From positions 10,520-74,519 of the forward strand of contig CAZFIB010000003.1 in assembly GCA_964518865.1 (NCBI GenBank): a stretch of 64,000 nucleotides of DNA, in the 5' to 3' direction. This stretch comes from an uncultured Thermodesulfobacteriota bacterium. Lineage in GTDB: Bacteria; Desulfobacterota; WTBG01; CAIYCZ01; CAIRTM01. The position numbers and the translations under genes are program-made. Positions 20,443-29,911 of the stretch are shown piece by piece. The stretch's first letter is position 1. Every line of letters begins with the position of its first letter. A model generated the notes under the pieces. That model searched no databases. It saw nothing but the letters and a program-made list of their open reading frames with translations, and had not been told where the DNA came from.

Positions 20443-20483
20443 TCAAAAACAAACAAAAAGCCCGGCTGCAGTACAGCCGGGCT
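20443..20483 (-). terminator. Rho-independent terminator downstream of giant surface protein 2
   Basis: On the minus strand: AGCCCGGCTG-tactg-CAGCCGGGCT (10-bp GC stem, 5-nt loop) followed by TTTTTGTTTGTTTTT. Confidence 0.7.
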
Positions 20484-20531
20484 GATGGTTCAATAAAGGG
20501 TTTCGCTGCCCCTCTTCGACAGCACCAAAAC

Positions 20532-23500
20532 TTATCTGAAAAACAGCGGGACAAATATGATGACTGTTATTTCCTCATCACCGCCGTTCGACGTGACCGG
20601 CACAACCGCGCGGTGAAAGCCCGGCCGCAGGCTGCTTCGGTCGACACTGATCGTAATGGTTTCTTCACTCTCTTCACCGCTGACGGTACCGCTGTCTGAA
20701 TTGAAGCTTATCCAGTCGCTGCCGCGCCAGCCGTACTGAATGTCGCCGATACTCCACTCCAGAATACCGGTTCCCGCATTCTGAACTGCACACTGCGTTT
20801 CCGACACATTGCGGCGCATAAAGCAGAACGTCCGGCCGAGAGAAAGACGTGGCTCGCCCGTCGGAGGAGGTGCAGGTTCTTCCTCCTGGACGGTCAGAGT
20901 AACAGTTATATCCTTGCTGTCGGAGCCGTCTCGAAGTGCAAGTGTTATAATGGCATTGTATGTGCCCTGGTCCAAACCCTGACGGTCGACCGACACGGTC
21001 ATATCCATGCTGTCGCCCGGAGCAAGAGAGATGATGTTGGCATCCGTGCTGAGCCAGCCGCTGACGTCCGCGTACAGCGTTTCAACATACCAGGTCCCGT
21101 CCGCATCGCCCCGGTTCGTAACCGTAACCGTGGATTGCTCCTGCATCTCGAATGACGTGAATTCAAGGCTGCCTGAGCTGATCTCTACAGCCGGAGCAAG
21201 CGGAACATAGACATCACCCACACCAAGGCGCACGAGAACCGAGTCGGAGCCGCCGCTGGATGTTATGGGGAGATAGGCCTCGTAAATTCCCTCGCTCAAA
21301 CCGTCCCGGTTTACGTAGATGGTGACAATCTGCGTACCGGTACCGCTCGGGGGCTGAATCGACTCGATCCACCCGCTGCCGTCGAGGTACTGGGGGGTCC
21401 CGATGCTCCAGGTGAGGGTGCCGCCGCCGCTGTTGCCGATGGCGATAAAGCGGTCGTCGACGTCTTCAGGGAATCCGATATAGCCGTCCACATCTAGTAC
21501 CGGCGTCGTTGTGGAGCCGCCGCCTCCGCCGGTAGTGCCGCCACCGGTAGTGCCGGAATCGTCGTCATCGCCCGACGATGATCCTTCCATTGCGCCGGCA
21601 CCGAAGTAGGTTCCGCCGAGCTGTTCGATGGACGGGCTGCTGCTGTCTGTAATGACAACCTGCAGACAGTTGCCGACGCTTATTGCTGCCGGGTCGGTCG
21701 GTTTCCATTCGCCGGTATCACCGTTGAACCACATGACCGTATCGCCGCCGCTGCCGCAGATTTCGATTGTTATACTTGTCAACCCGTCAGGATCGGGGAC
21801 AAAAATATCGACATACTTTGCACCGGCCTTCAGCCCGCTGGACTTCCCGGTCGGTGTGCCGCTGTAGCTTGCAGCCATTATTTTGGCCGATCCCTCTACT
21901 TCAAGATTGACACCCGGCACCACGTCCGAGGCGCTGCTGCCGTTCATTTCCATCATGACAACCGAGCCTTCAAACGGACTTTCAAGGTGAGGAGAGAAGC
22001 AAACCAGGCCGCTGACGGATGCACCGCTGCCGGCAGCGGTTTTTCCCGCCGTGCAGTTGTCGGCCGTGTCGCCCGACGGACCGTCCTCAGCACCCCACCA
22101 GTTGTTGCGGGCATCCACGTGCTCGGTTCCGCTGTGCTCCAACCCAACCGGAACTGCAGGTTTGCATATATCCTCATTCTGGTCAGGATTGTACGTAGAC
22201 GGGCAGTTGTCGTCGTCATCCGCTATGCCGTCGCAGTCGGTATCATCAAGCGTAACCGTCTCTTCCTCGGGTGTTGACGGTATTGTTACGTTGCAGTTGC
22301 TGCCGCATGCATCGCCGATTCCGTCATCATCTGAATCCCGCTGATCGGGATTATAAACGTAAGGACAATTGTCATCACATGCTTCTGTCTCACCCTCCGC
22401 ACAGGCAACATCGCCGACGATACCGTTTTGGTCGCCGTCATCCGCTATGCCGTCGCAGTCGGTATCATCAAGCGTAACCGTCTCTTCCTCGGGTGTTGAC
22501 GGTATTGTCACTGTGCAGTTCTCCTGCACACCACCCTCCCCCGGAGTAAACTTGATGTTGTTGAAACTGATCTGCGTACCGTTGACATCATCGACGACAA
22601 AAGCTTTTTGATAGGTGCCGCTATCCATATCAATGGTCAGGCCGAGGATGGTGGCATTTTCCGCACGTATAGAAATCGCGGTGCTGTTCTCTGCAGGCAC
22701 ACCGTTTATAACCGGTGCAGCACCTTCGGCTGCCTTTATCGTCAGATTGGCAACATCAATCGCAAAACCGTCATAATCGCCGGTTTGAAGCTCAATAACC
22801 TTTTCTTCTTCGGGCGGAAGGGCGGCAAAAGCCGTAATGACATCGTTGATAGTTGCATACCCTGATCCGCCGCCCCCTGGACTGAAAAGAATGCTGTTGC
22901 TGTCATCACAGGTATCGCCGCGACCATCCTGGTCCGCATCATTTTGATCTTCGTTGTCCGTGTACGGACAGTTATCGCAGGCATCACCACGAGTGTCACC
23001 GTCACTGTTTGCCTGATCGCCATTTGCAATATCCGGACAGTTGTCACACGCATCACCGATAGTGTCATTATCAAAATCCAACTGATCGGCATTCGCGGTA
23101 TTCGGGCAATTGTCGCAGGCATCACCTACATCGTCACCGTCAAAGTCGGCCTGGGATGTATTGTTATCATACTGGCAGTTGTCGCACGCATCACCGATAG
23201 TGTCATTATCGAAATCCAACTGATCGGCATTCGCGGTATTCGGGCAATTGTCTTCTCCATCCTCAATACCGTCATTATCATCATCATCGTCACAGATATC
23301 GCCGATACCGTCGCCGTCGCTGTCACCGATATCGGGTGCAAATGAAGTAAATGCGGCGTCTTTGGCATAGGGATAAAAGCTCAGATTGGCGCTGACGCCC
23401 ATGACGGCAAGTTCACCGCCGGACCCGTCAGCAGCAGGGGTGCAGCCCAGAAAAGATTCGGAATTGTTAATTCCTCCTGACGGTCCGTCATCGGCTCCCC

Positions 23501-24254
23501 ACCAGTTATACCGCATATCTATGGCAGGCGGATTGTTTGTTGACAAATACTGCCCGAAAGCATGTCCCGCGTAATCAGGATTTCCTTCCCAGGCACTGCT
23601 GTTGTCGTTACCGCTCAAATCATTATATTGTATGAACAATTTCGGGACGTTACCGTAGACCCCGATCCCGCGGTGGTTGCCGGTAATACTGTTTTTCATA
23701 GAAATGTCGCCACCAATAAATATCCAGGACGAACTGGACCCGTTAATAAAAATACCGTAACCGTAGTCCGGGTGTTTGGTAGCATTATCTGGCGCAAAGC
23801 CGGCTATGGTATTATTTCTAATTGCAATGGAAGACCCGGAGTTGATAAAAATGCCGCAATCAGAACCGGTAATGGTAAAACCTTGGAGTGTTGTTAGACT
23901 TCCGGGAGGAGTCTGAATAAATACTGATGCGTATATATCAAGTATGTCAAGTGGAGAAATACCTGACTCGGGGGAAATCTGCTCTCCTTCGATAACCGGT
24001 GCAGCCCCGTCTGCAGCCTTGATGGTCAATCCCTGTTTCCAGATGATAAAACCGTCATAACTGCCGTCAGCCACCTCGATGGTAGAACCGGGGGCCGACA
24101 GATTTATCGCACTTTGAATGTCTAAAAAGTCGGCTGCACCTGTGGCGTTATCGTCATCCACCAGCAACGTGGCGGATTGCGCATTAGCATTAGAAATACA
24201 GACTGCATATGCCAGTAGTGCTATGAATAAACCGTGCATCCATGAAACTTTCAT
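20532..24254 (-). CDS. giant secreted Ca-binding surface protein
   Basis: Signal peptide (…ISNANAQS), then beta-helix modules with NWWG..DGPS motifs, then ~10 TSP3 repeats (DxDxDGxGDxCDNCPxxxNxDQ), then a Gly/Ser/Thr linker, then 3x DUF1573/BACON-like domains. Confidence 0.85.
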   Translation of the reverse strand: MKVSWMHGLFIALLAYAVCISNANAQSATLLVDDDNATGAADFLDIQSAINLSAPGSTIEVADGSYDGFIIWKQGLTIKAADGAAPVIEGEQISPESGISPLDILDIYASVFIQTPPGSLTTLQGFTITGSDCGIFINSGSSIAIRNNTIAGFAPDNATKHPDYGYGIFINGSSSSWIFIGGDISMKNSITGNHRGIGVYGNVPKLFIQYNDLSGNDNSSAWEGNPDYAGHAFGQYLSTNNPPAIDMRYNWWGADDGPSGGINNSESFLGCTPAADGSGGELAVMGVSANLSFYPYAKDAAFTSFAPDIGDSDGDGIGDICDDDDDNDGIEDGEDNCPNTANADQLDFDNDTIGDACDNCQYDNNTSQADFDGDDVGDACDNCPNTANADQLDFDNDTIGDACDNCPDIANGDQANSDGDTRGDACDNCPYTDNEDQNDADQDGRGDTCDDSNSILFSPGGGGSGYATINDVITAFAALPPEEEKVIELQTGDYDGFAIDVANLTIKAAEGAAPVINGVPAENSTAISIRAENATILGLTIDMDSGTYQKAFVVDDVNGTQISFNNIKFTPGEGGVQENCTVTIPSTPEEETVTLDDTDCDGIADDGDQNGIVGDVACAEGETEACDDNCPYVYNPDQRDSDDDGIGDACGSNCNVTIPSTPEEETVTLDDTDCDGIADDDDNCPSTYNPDQNEDICKPAVPVGLEHSGTEHVDARNNWWGAEDGPSGDTADNCTAGKTAAGSGASVSGLVCFSPHLESPFEGSVVMMEMNGSSASDVVPGVNLEVEGSAKIMAASYSGTPTGKSSGLKAGAKYVDIFVPDPDGLTSITIEICGSGGDTVMWFNGDTGEWKPTDPAAISVGNCLQVVITDSSSPSIEQLGGTYFGAGAMEGSSSGDDDDSGTTGGGTTGGGGGSTTTPVLDVDGYIGFPEDVDDRFIAIGNSGGGTLTWSIGTPQYLDGSGWIESIQPPSGTGTQIVTIYVNRDGLSEGIYEAYLPITSSGGSDSVLVRLGVGDVYVPLAPAVEISSGSLEFTSFEMQEQSTVTVTNRGDADGTWYVETLYADVSGWLSTDANIISLAPGDSMDMTVSVDRQGLDQGTYNAIITLALRDGSDSKDITVTLTVQEEEPAPPPTGEPRLSLGRTFCFMRRNVSETQCAVQNAGTGILEWSIGDIQYGWRGSDWISFNSDSGTVSGEESEETITISVDRSSLRPGFHRAVVPVTSNGGDEEITVIIFVPLFFR
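22211..22508 (-). repeat. intragenic near-identical ~78-bp direct repeats (2 copies, ~220 bp apart)
   Basis: The same 78-nt string (…gtcatccgctatgccgtcgcagtcggtatcatcaagcgtaaccgtctcttcctcgggtgttgacggtattgt) occurs at ~22211 and ~22431. It encodes NVTIPSTPEEETVTLDDTDCDGIADD twice. Confidence 0.85.
23043..23251 (-). repeat. intragenic near-identical ~72-bp direct repeats in TSP3 region (2 copies, ~137 bp apart)
   Basis: 70/72 identical copies at ~23043 and ~23180. They encode DNCPNTANADQLDFDNDTIGDACDNC. Confidence 0.85.
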
Positions 24255-24276
24255 GGTTCTTCCCCCCTCTTAGTCT

Positions 24277-24603
24277 TTAGTTATCCATCATGCCGCCGTG
24301 CGGCATTATTTTATGATCGCCGAACTTTACGGCAATTCCGTCCGCATCACAGCGAACAACGGTACCTGTTACTTTTATGCAACCTTTATGCCCTGTCATG
24401 TCAAACAAAGTTGAATTATCGAGAATAATTTCCACCCGTACCTTCGTCCCCACATCGAACGGCCGGCTGGTGGTCAGAAATGCACCCCCGGCACTGATAT
24501 CACGGGTGGCGAGCTGCATACTGTCAAAGCCGTTGAGCATGGTCGCCGGAAAATTAACATCGAACCGTTGATGCTCGCGCTTGTTTTCAATGGTCTGCTG
24601 CAT
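24277..24603 (-). CDS. PilZ domain protein (c-di-GMP receptor)
   Basis: RxxxR (REHQR) and DxSxGG (DISAGGAF) motifs. It lies 22 nt upstream of giant protein 2, which has a GAGGGGGGA RBS. Confidence 0.75.
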   Translation of the reverse strand: MQQTIENKREHQRFDVNFPATMLNGFDSMQLATRDISAGGAFLTTSRPFDVGTKVRVEIILDNSTLFDMTGHKGCIKVTGTVVRCDADGIAVKFGDHKIMPHGGMMDN

Positions 24604-24881
24604 GGGTGCTGCCTTTTATTAAATCGATACCTGAATAAATTTATATTTTGTTAGTTTACAGTTAAAATTATACCATTCAAACCTGAACATAGGCAATCAC
24701 CCTAAGGTATGATTTTGCTTCGTATTTTTTCAGTGCTCATGCAAGAGACATATACGAAAAAAGTATTAAATAAAAATAAGCTTGTATAATTCCTGTTAGA
24801 GACAAAATGTTGCTGCCTGCATGAAAACCGGATACGGAACAAGACGCGGGGAAGGGAGGATAATATATTTATAAAGTAAAA

Positions 24882-25553
24882 TCAGAGGTTTTTGGCTGCC
24901 CACAGGGTGGCCTGCAGGCGGTTGGCAACATTGATCTTTTTATAGATATTGTAAAGATGTGTTTTGATAGTATGAGGACTGACACACAGCTTGTCGGCGA
25001 TTTCCTCATTCTTGCGTCCGATCGCCACGTGCGAAAGTATTTCTATTTCACGCTGCGTCAAAATTTTTCTGACTTTTATGCCGCTTATGTCCTCGTCGCG
25101 GTCTTCGAGAATATACCTGGTCATAACATCGCGGGTGAACCAGAGTTCCTGATTATATAAAGCCGTAATGCCCTTTATAAACAGGTCGGTGTCGGTATCC
25201 TGATAAAAAATACCCCGCACGCCATGTCCCATGCAGCTTTCTTCGATACCCAGTCCCGGCTTGACATTGAACAGCGCAACCACGGAGGCATCAGTCACTT
25301 CACAGATTGATGCAAGCAGGCCGGACATGAAATCGTCCATGGTCTTACCCATACAGTCCCAGAGATAAAGTTCGCTTTCAAACTGTTTTCTTTTTTCCTG
25401 GGATAGTACACTGATATCCTTGATACAGGTACATGACGCCCCTGTTTCAGTCTCGATAAGACTTCCGAGGGCCTGACTGCTCAAAATGTGTGCGCCTACG
25501 ATAAAAATGGTGTGTCCCGCCAGAACTTTGCCTGCCTGTACGTCGTTTTTCAT
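24882..25553 (-). CDS. CsgD-family transcriptional regulator (LuxR-type HTH)
   Basis: Alignable along its whole length with E. coli CsgD. This covers both the N-terminal receiver-like domain and the C-terminal LuxR HTH (LTQREIEILSHVAIGRKNEEIADKL…TIKTHLYNIYKKI). Confidence 0.8.
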   Translation of the reverse strand: MKNDVQAGKVLAGHTIFIVGAHILSSQALGSLIETETGASCTCIKDISVLSQEKRKQFESELYLWDCMGKTMDDFMSGLLASICEVTDASVVALFNVKPGLGIEESCMGHGVRGIFYQDTDTDLFIKGITALYNQELWFTRDVMTRYILEDRDEDISGIKVRKILTQREIEILSHVAIGRKNEEIADKLCVSPHTIKTHLYNIYKKINVANRLQATLWAAKNL

Positions 25554-25805
25554 ATCGTACCCTGAATATATCTGACGTGAAGCGGTAATAAATATGTGTG
25601 ACAGTCTAATACTTTACAACAAAACAAAAAATTATACAATTGATTATTTTCAATAACTTTAAATAATTTTATAAAAAAAGATATCTATGGCAAACCTTCC
25701 GGTAAGGAAAGAAACTGCAAATCGCTGTATTATTATTTTCTGACTACAGCAGTATAAGGTATAATACGTATCAGACAATTCAAAACAACCTATGAGGTGA
25801 ATTAA

Positions 25806-26822
25806 ATGAATCCTGATGTATATGCATTCGGCAGTGCCCTGGTTGACATTCAGGCTACGGTAGATGATCGTCTGCTGATGGAAATCGGTGTTGAAAAAGG
25901 CAATATGTTTCTCACGGACCGCATTCGACAGGAAGAAGTACTAAAGCGTATAATGTCCGCCGAAACCCTTGACCTCGACAGTATCGGATCCGCCCTGGAC
26001 ACGGCGGCAGGGGGCAGCGCAGCAAATACTGTCTATGGTATCAGCCAATTGGGAGGGATGTCGGCCCTCTGCGGCAAGGTCGCCGACGACGGACTCGGCA
26101 GGCTGTATGTCGACAGCATGAATAACAGTGGTGTTACGTTCAGTCACACTACTGCGACCGGCATGACCGGCTCGTGCGTTGTGCTGGTGACAGACGATGC
26201 CCAGCGGACGATGCTGACCTGCCTGGGGGTTTCCAGCGAAATAGGGCAGGACGATATCGATGAGGGGCTCCTGAGCAACGCATCTTATGTATATATCGAG
26301 GGCTACCTCTTTGACAGTCCGCTTGCAACACAGACAATTCTTCACGCCATAGGGCTGGCCCGCAAAAACGGCGTTCGGGTTGCTCTGACCGCCTCGGATG
26401 CCTTCTGCATAGAGCGCCACCGGGATATATTTCTCAGTCTGATTGAGAATGAGATCGACCTGCTGTTTGCAAATGCCCAGGAAGCACAGGCCGTTACCGG
26501 AAAAGGGTCGCTCGGAGAGGCGTGTACGGCACTGTCGGCGCACTGCAGCTGTGCGGTTACGGACGGTCCTGCCGGATCGGTACTCTGCTTCGACGGCCGG
26601 CAGGTAAAAATACCTGCTTTTTCCGTAGAGGCCCGCGACACAACCGGTGCCGGGGATGCCTATGCAGCAGGCCTGCTGTTCGGCCTGACGCATAATTACC
26701 CGCTGGAAACATGCGGCCGCCTCGCGAGCTTTTTTGCATCGCGTGTTGTAGCTCAGACCGGGCCCAGGTACTGCGGTGATATCTGGTCTGAGATTCCGGA
26801 CCTTGGACTTGAGCAGGGATGA
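25806..26822 (+). CDS. PfkB-family carbohydrate/nucleoside kinase (adenosine kinase-like)
   Basis: N-terminal GG motif (AAGGSAANT) and C-terminal DTTGAGDAYAAG anion hole. Confidence 0.85.
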   Translation: MNPDVYAFGSALVDIQATVDDRLLMEIGVEKGNMFLTDRIRQEEVLKRIMSAETLDLDSIGSALDTAAGGSAANTVYGISQLGGMSALCGKVADDGLGRLYVDSMNNSGVTFSHTTATGMTGSCVVLVTDDAQRTMLTCLGVSSEIGQDDIDEGLLSNASYVYIEGYLFDSPLATQTILHAIGLARKNGVRVALTASDAFCIERHRDIFLSLIENEIDLLFANAQEAQAVTGKGSLGEACTALSAHCSCAVTDGPAGSVLCFDGRQVKIPAFSVEARDTTGAGDAYAAGLLFGLTHNYPLETCGRLASFFASRVVAQTGPRYCGDIWSEIPDLGLEQG

Positions 26823-27679
26823 CCGCATCAGCCGACGCCAGAACCATTGTTTTCATTCTCTCGACCAACTATGCGGGCTCCCACTTTCTCTCGCTCATGC
26901 TCGGGAGCAACCCCGGAGCCCGGCACATCGGAGAGGCAAAAGCGTTCAGGAAAAAAAAGCGAAATCCCGGAAAAACTTACTGCAGCCTGTGCGGCAGCGA
27001 AGATCGCTGCCCGCTGTTCAGAAGCGTGACCCCGGACACTATCAGGGATATTTTTGATATTATTTTCACAAACGCGCCGGCCGGTACCGAGGTGCTTGTC
27101 GACATATCCAAAAAACCGTTCTGGGCCCAACGTTTCCTGCACGACAGCCGCTACCACAAAAAGTATATCCACCTTGTCCGGGACCCGCGGGCCCTGATAC
27201 GACGCTGGATTCTGACCTATGACGGCCGTCACCTCTCTCAGCGCTTCAAGGCAGTCCGTTCACGCCCCTCAAAGTGTATTCCTCTGATGCTGCGCGGGTT
27301 GTGGTATGTATATCTGTATAAATGGCTGATACAAAACCGTGAAATAACGGCGTTCCTGAGAGAACATGCACCGGCATACCGGATCGTTACCTATCGGGAT
27401 CTTGCAATCGAAACGGAACGAACCCTCAGTGACATTACGGAGTGGATCGGCCTTGATTTCCGGCGCGATCAGCTCGAATACTGGAAGTTCGAGCATCACG
27501 GCACACAAAAAAGGGGGTATGACCGGGTGCGTCAGGACGGACGATCATATTTCGACGACCGATGGAAGGACTTTCTCTCACCCGAAATAAAAAAGGCAAT
27601 AACAGAAAACGGCAGTATACTGGCCTACCTCCGTGAACAGGGCCTGGTTTTTACGGAAAAAGGTCTTACCTGCGCATAG
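26819..27679 (+). CDS. sulfotransferase-family-like protein
   Basis: The 5'-PSB-like segment ILSTNYAGSHFL and the 3'-PB-like motif LVRDPRALIRRW match the sulfotransferase signature. It has an ATGA overlap with the upstream kinase gene. Confidence 0.45.
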   Translation: MTASADARTIVFILSTNYAGSHFLSLMLGSNPGARHIGEAKAFRKKKRNPGKTYCSLCGSEDRCPLFRSVTPDTIRDIFDIIFTNAPAGTEVLVDISKKPFWAQRFLHDSRYHKKYIHLVRDPRALIRRWILTYDGRHLSQRFKAVRSRPSKCIPLMLRGLWYVYLYKWLIQNREITAFLREHAPAYRIVTYRDLAIETERTLSDITEWIGLDFRRDQLEYWKFEHHGTQKRGYDRVRQDGRSYFDDRWKDFLSPEIKKAITENGSILAYLREQGLVFTEKGLTCA

Positions 27680-27937
27680 AGCATGCCGGGGCATTCCAGT
27701 ACTCTGAAAAAACGGGATTCCTCAGCATTGTTTTTGCTCCGGCAGCAGGCCATGCCATAGCGTGCTGCAAAACTGCAGGAGCTGCTTTAGCTGCGATTTT
27801 TTCGCGGCCGGAGGCCGCTCTACCCGGCTGCACTATTTTGATACATGCTTTGGCGAAGACACCCGCCGAAGGTTTTGGTTTTAAATACATAAATAACTGG
27901 CGGCTCTTCGGCGCAATGCCTGTTTGAGCGCTCCGTC

Positions 27938-29290
27938 TCAGGACTCCTGCAGCAGTTGCTGCACGGCCGTCTCGACCTCCTGCCTGATCGCCTCGAGCCC
28001 CTTCTGCGTGTCCGCCTCAAAACGAAGCACAAGCACCGGCTGCGTGTTTGACGCCCGCACCAGCCCCCAGCCTCCCGGCATACAGATACGTGCCCCGTCG
28101 ATATCGATTATTGAATACTTAGGTCGAAACAGATTTTTAACGGATTCTATTATCTCAAACTTTCTCGAGTCGGGGCAGTCAATGCGGATCTCCGGGGTCG
28201 AGCAGGTTTGCGGCACATCCCGCAGCAGCCCGCTCAGGGGTCCTTCGGCTGCGGAGAGAATTTCAACCAGCCTGCAGGCTGCATACACGGCATCATCGAA
28301 ACCGAAATACCGGTCGGCGAAAAACATGTGGCCGCTCATCTCACCGGCAAGCACGGCACCGGTCTCCTTCATCTTGGCCTTGATGAGCGAATGGCCCGTC
28401 TTCCACATTATTGCCTTGCCGCCGCGCGACGCGACATCATTATAAAAATTCTGCGAACCCTTGACCTCGGAGATGAAGGTTGATCCGGGATGTCGCTTTA
28501 AAATATCCCGGGCAAAAAGAATCATCAGGTGGTCTCCCCATATGATCTTACCCCGTTCATCGACCACGCCGATCCTGTCGGCGTCACCATCGAACGCTAT
28601 TCCCATATCGGCGTCATTGCTGCGCACCGCTGCGATAAGATACTGAAGGTTGTCCGGGACCGTTGGGTCGGGATGATGGTTCGGAAAGTGCCCGTCCATT
28701 TCGCAGTACAGAGCGGTAACCTCGCAGCCCAGCCGCTGCAGCAGCGGCAGGACCGCCGGCCCGGCGGTTCCGTTACCGGCGTCTACGACAACCCGCAGCT
28801 TTCTGCCCGCGGATATGTTGCCGGCTATCCGGTCGATATATGCCGGCAGCACATCCACGGCCGTGCAGGAGCCCTCACCGGAGGAGTAAGAACCCTGCTG
28901 CATTATTTTTTGCAGACTCTGTATCTCGGCGCCGTGAATGGTCGTTTTTCCGCAACAGATCTTAAAGCCGTTGAATTCCGCAGGATTGTGGCTGCCGGTT
29001 ATCATGACGCCGCCGTTTTTTTCGAGGTGAAAAAGCGAAAAATACACAAGGGGGGTGTGACATGTTCCGATATCCGTCACCGCCATCCCGGTTTGCATGA
29101 GCCCCTGCAGCAGTGCTTTGAACAGGTCAGGCGATGACAGGCGGCAGTCCCTGCCGACAACCGCCTCACGGATATCGCGGCGCTGCAGGTAGGTGCCGAT
29201 TGCCCGTCCCAGATCGACAACCGTATTTTCATCAAGGTCCTCGCGCACCACCCCCCGAATGTCGTATTCACGAAATATGTGTTCATTCAT
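27938..29290 (-). CDS. phosphomannomutase/phosphoglucomutase (alpha-D-phosphohexomutase)
   Basis: 'FREYDIRGV' start and the 'TGSHNP' catalytic Ser loop. Start chosen at the internal ATG with a GAGGGA RBS (MNEHIF…). Confidence 0.85.
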   Translation of the reverse strand: MNEHIFREYDIRGVVREDLDENTVVDLGRAIGTYLQRRDIREAVVGRDCRLSSPDLFKALLQGLMQTGMAVTDIGTCHTPLVYFSLFHLEKNGGVMITGSHNPAEFNGFKICCGKTTIHGAEIQSLQKIMQQGSYSSGEGSCTAVDVLPAYIDRIAGNISAGRKLRVVVDAGNGTAGPAVLPLLQRLGCEVTALYCEMDGHFPNHHPDPTVPDNLQYLIAAVRSNDADMGIAFDGDADRIGVVDERGKIIWGDHLMILFARDILKRHPGSTFISEVKGSQNFYNDVASRGGKAIMWKTGHSLIKAKMKETGAVLAGEMSGHMFFADRYFGFDDAVYAACRLVEILSAAEGPLSGLLRDVPQTCSTPEIRIDCPDSRKFEIIESVKNLFRPKYSIIDIDGARICMPGGWGLVRASNTQPVLVLRFEADTQKGLEAIRQEVETAVQQLLQES

Positions 29291-29364
29291 AAAAAATCCC
29301 TCGTTTGCACCCTCCGGCCGGTTCAAAAGCCGACGCGACGGAGCGCAGCGCGCCAAAGGCGCTT

Positions 29365-29841
29365 TTAAAGATCGTAAAGAGTTTCATCCCGCTGCGGTTC
29401 TTTTTTGTGCCTGCCCTTTTTGCCGCCGAGCTCGAAGGGATCTTCGCTTTCGAGAACATCGCCCAGCTCTGCTTCGATTGCTTCCGGGTCTTCGCCGGAC
29501 TCCATCCGGGAAAGGGCCTCCTCCATACCGCTGCCGAGCTTCATGCCCGTCATGTCTGAAAATTTACGCATCAGGTTTGCCGCCTGGCGCGGATCATCCT
29601 CATTCAGTCCTTCCGCTTCAGCGGCAAGCTTTCCGATAGCGCCTTCCAGCCTGGATTCATCAAACGGCAGGTCGTCGGGCCCCTCTTCACGGGCCCTGCC
29701 GATGCAGGAAAACACCGAGGCCTGCCGCTGCAGCCTGCGCTTACAGCGCGGACAGGCCGGCTTTTTGGTCACGTTTATCGTACGTGAAAAAAAATTAAAA
29801 ATGGTATTGCAGTGCTTGCAGTAAAACTCATAAATGGGCAC
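29365..29841 (-). CDS. FmdB-family zinc-ribbon protein with acidic C-terminal tail
   Basis: 'MPIYEFYCKHCNTIF…CPRCK' CxxC…CxxC zinc ribbon, followed by an acidic, low-complexity tail. Confidence 0.6.
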   Translation of the reverse strand: MPIYEFYCKHCNTIFNFFSRTINVTKKPACPRCKRRLQRQASVFSCIGRAREEGPDDLPFDESRLEGAIGKLAAEAEGLNEDDPRQAANLMRKFSDMTGMKLGSGMEEALSRMESGEDPEAIEAELGDVLESEDPFELGGKKGRHKKEPQRDETLYDL

Positions 29842-29911
29842 GCCGGCATCCTCCCTGCAAGATGGGTCTGCGTCTGAATAACAGCACCATGACAGATTTT
29901 TCCGAATCTTT

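Noticed and set aside
22900-23350. Regularly spaced repeats examined as a possible CRISPR array
   Set aside because: They are in-frame TSP3 coding repeats inside giant gene 2. The spacers are also coding and homologous.
25941-26828. 295-aa minus-strand ORF
   Set aside because: It is antisense to the PfkB kinase gene.
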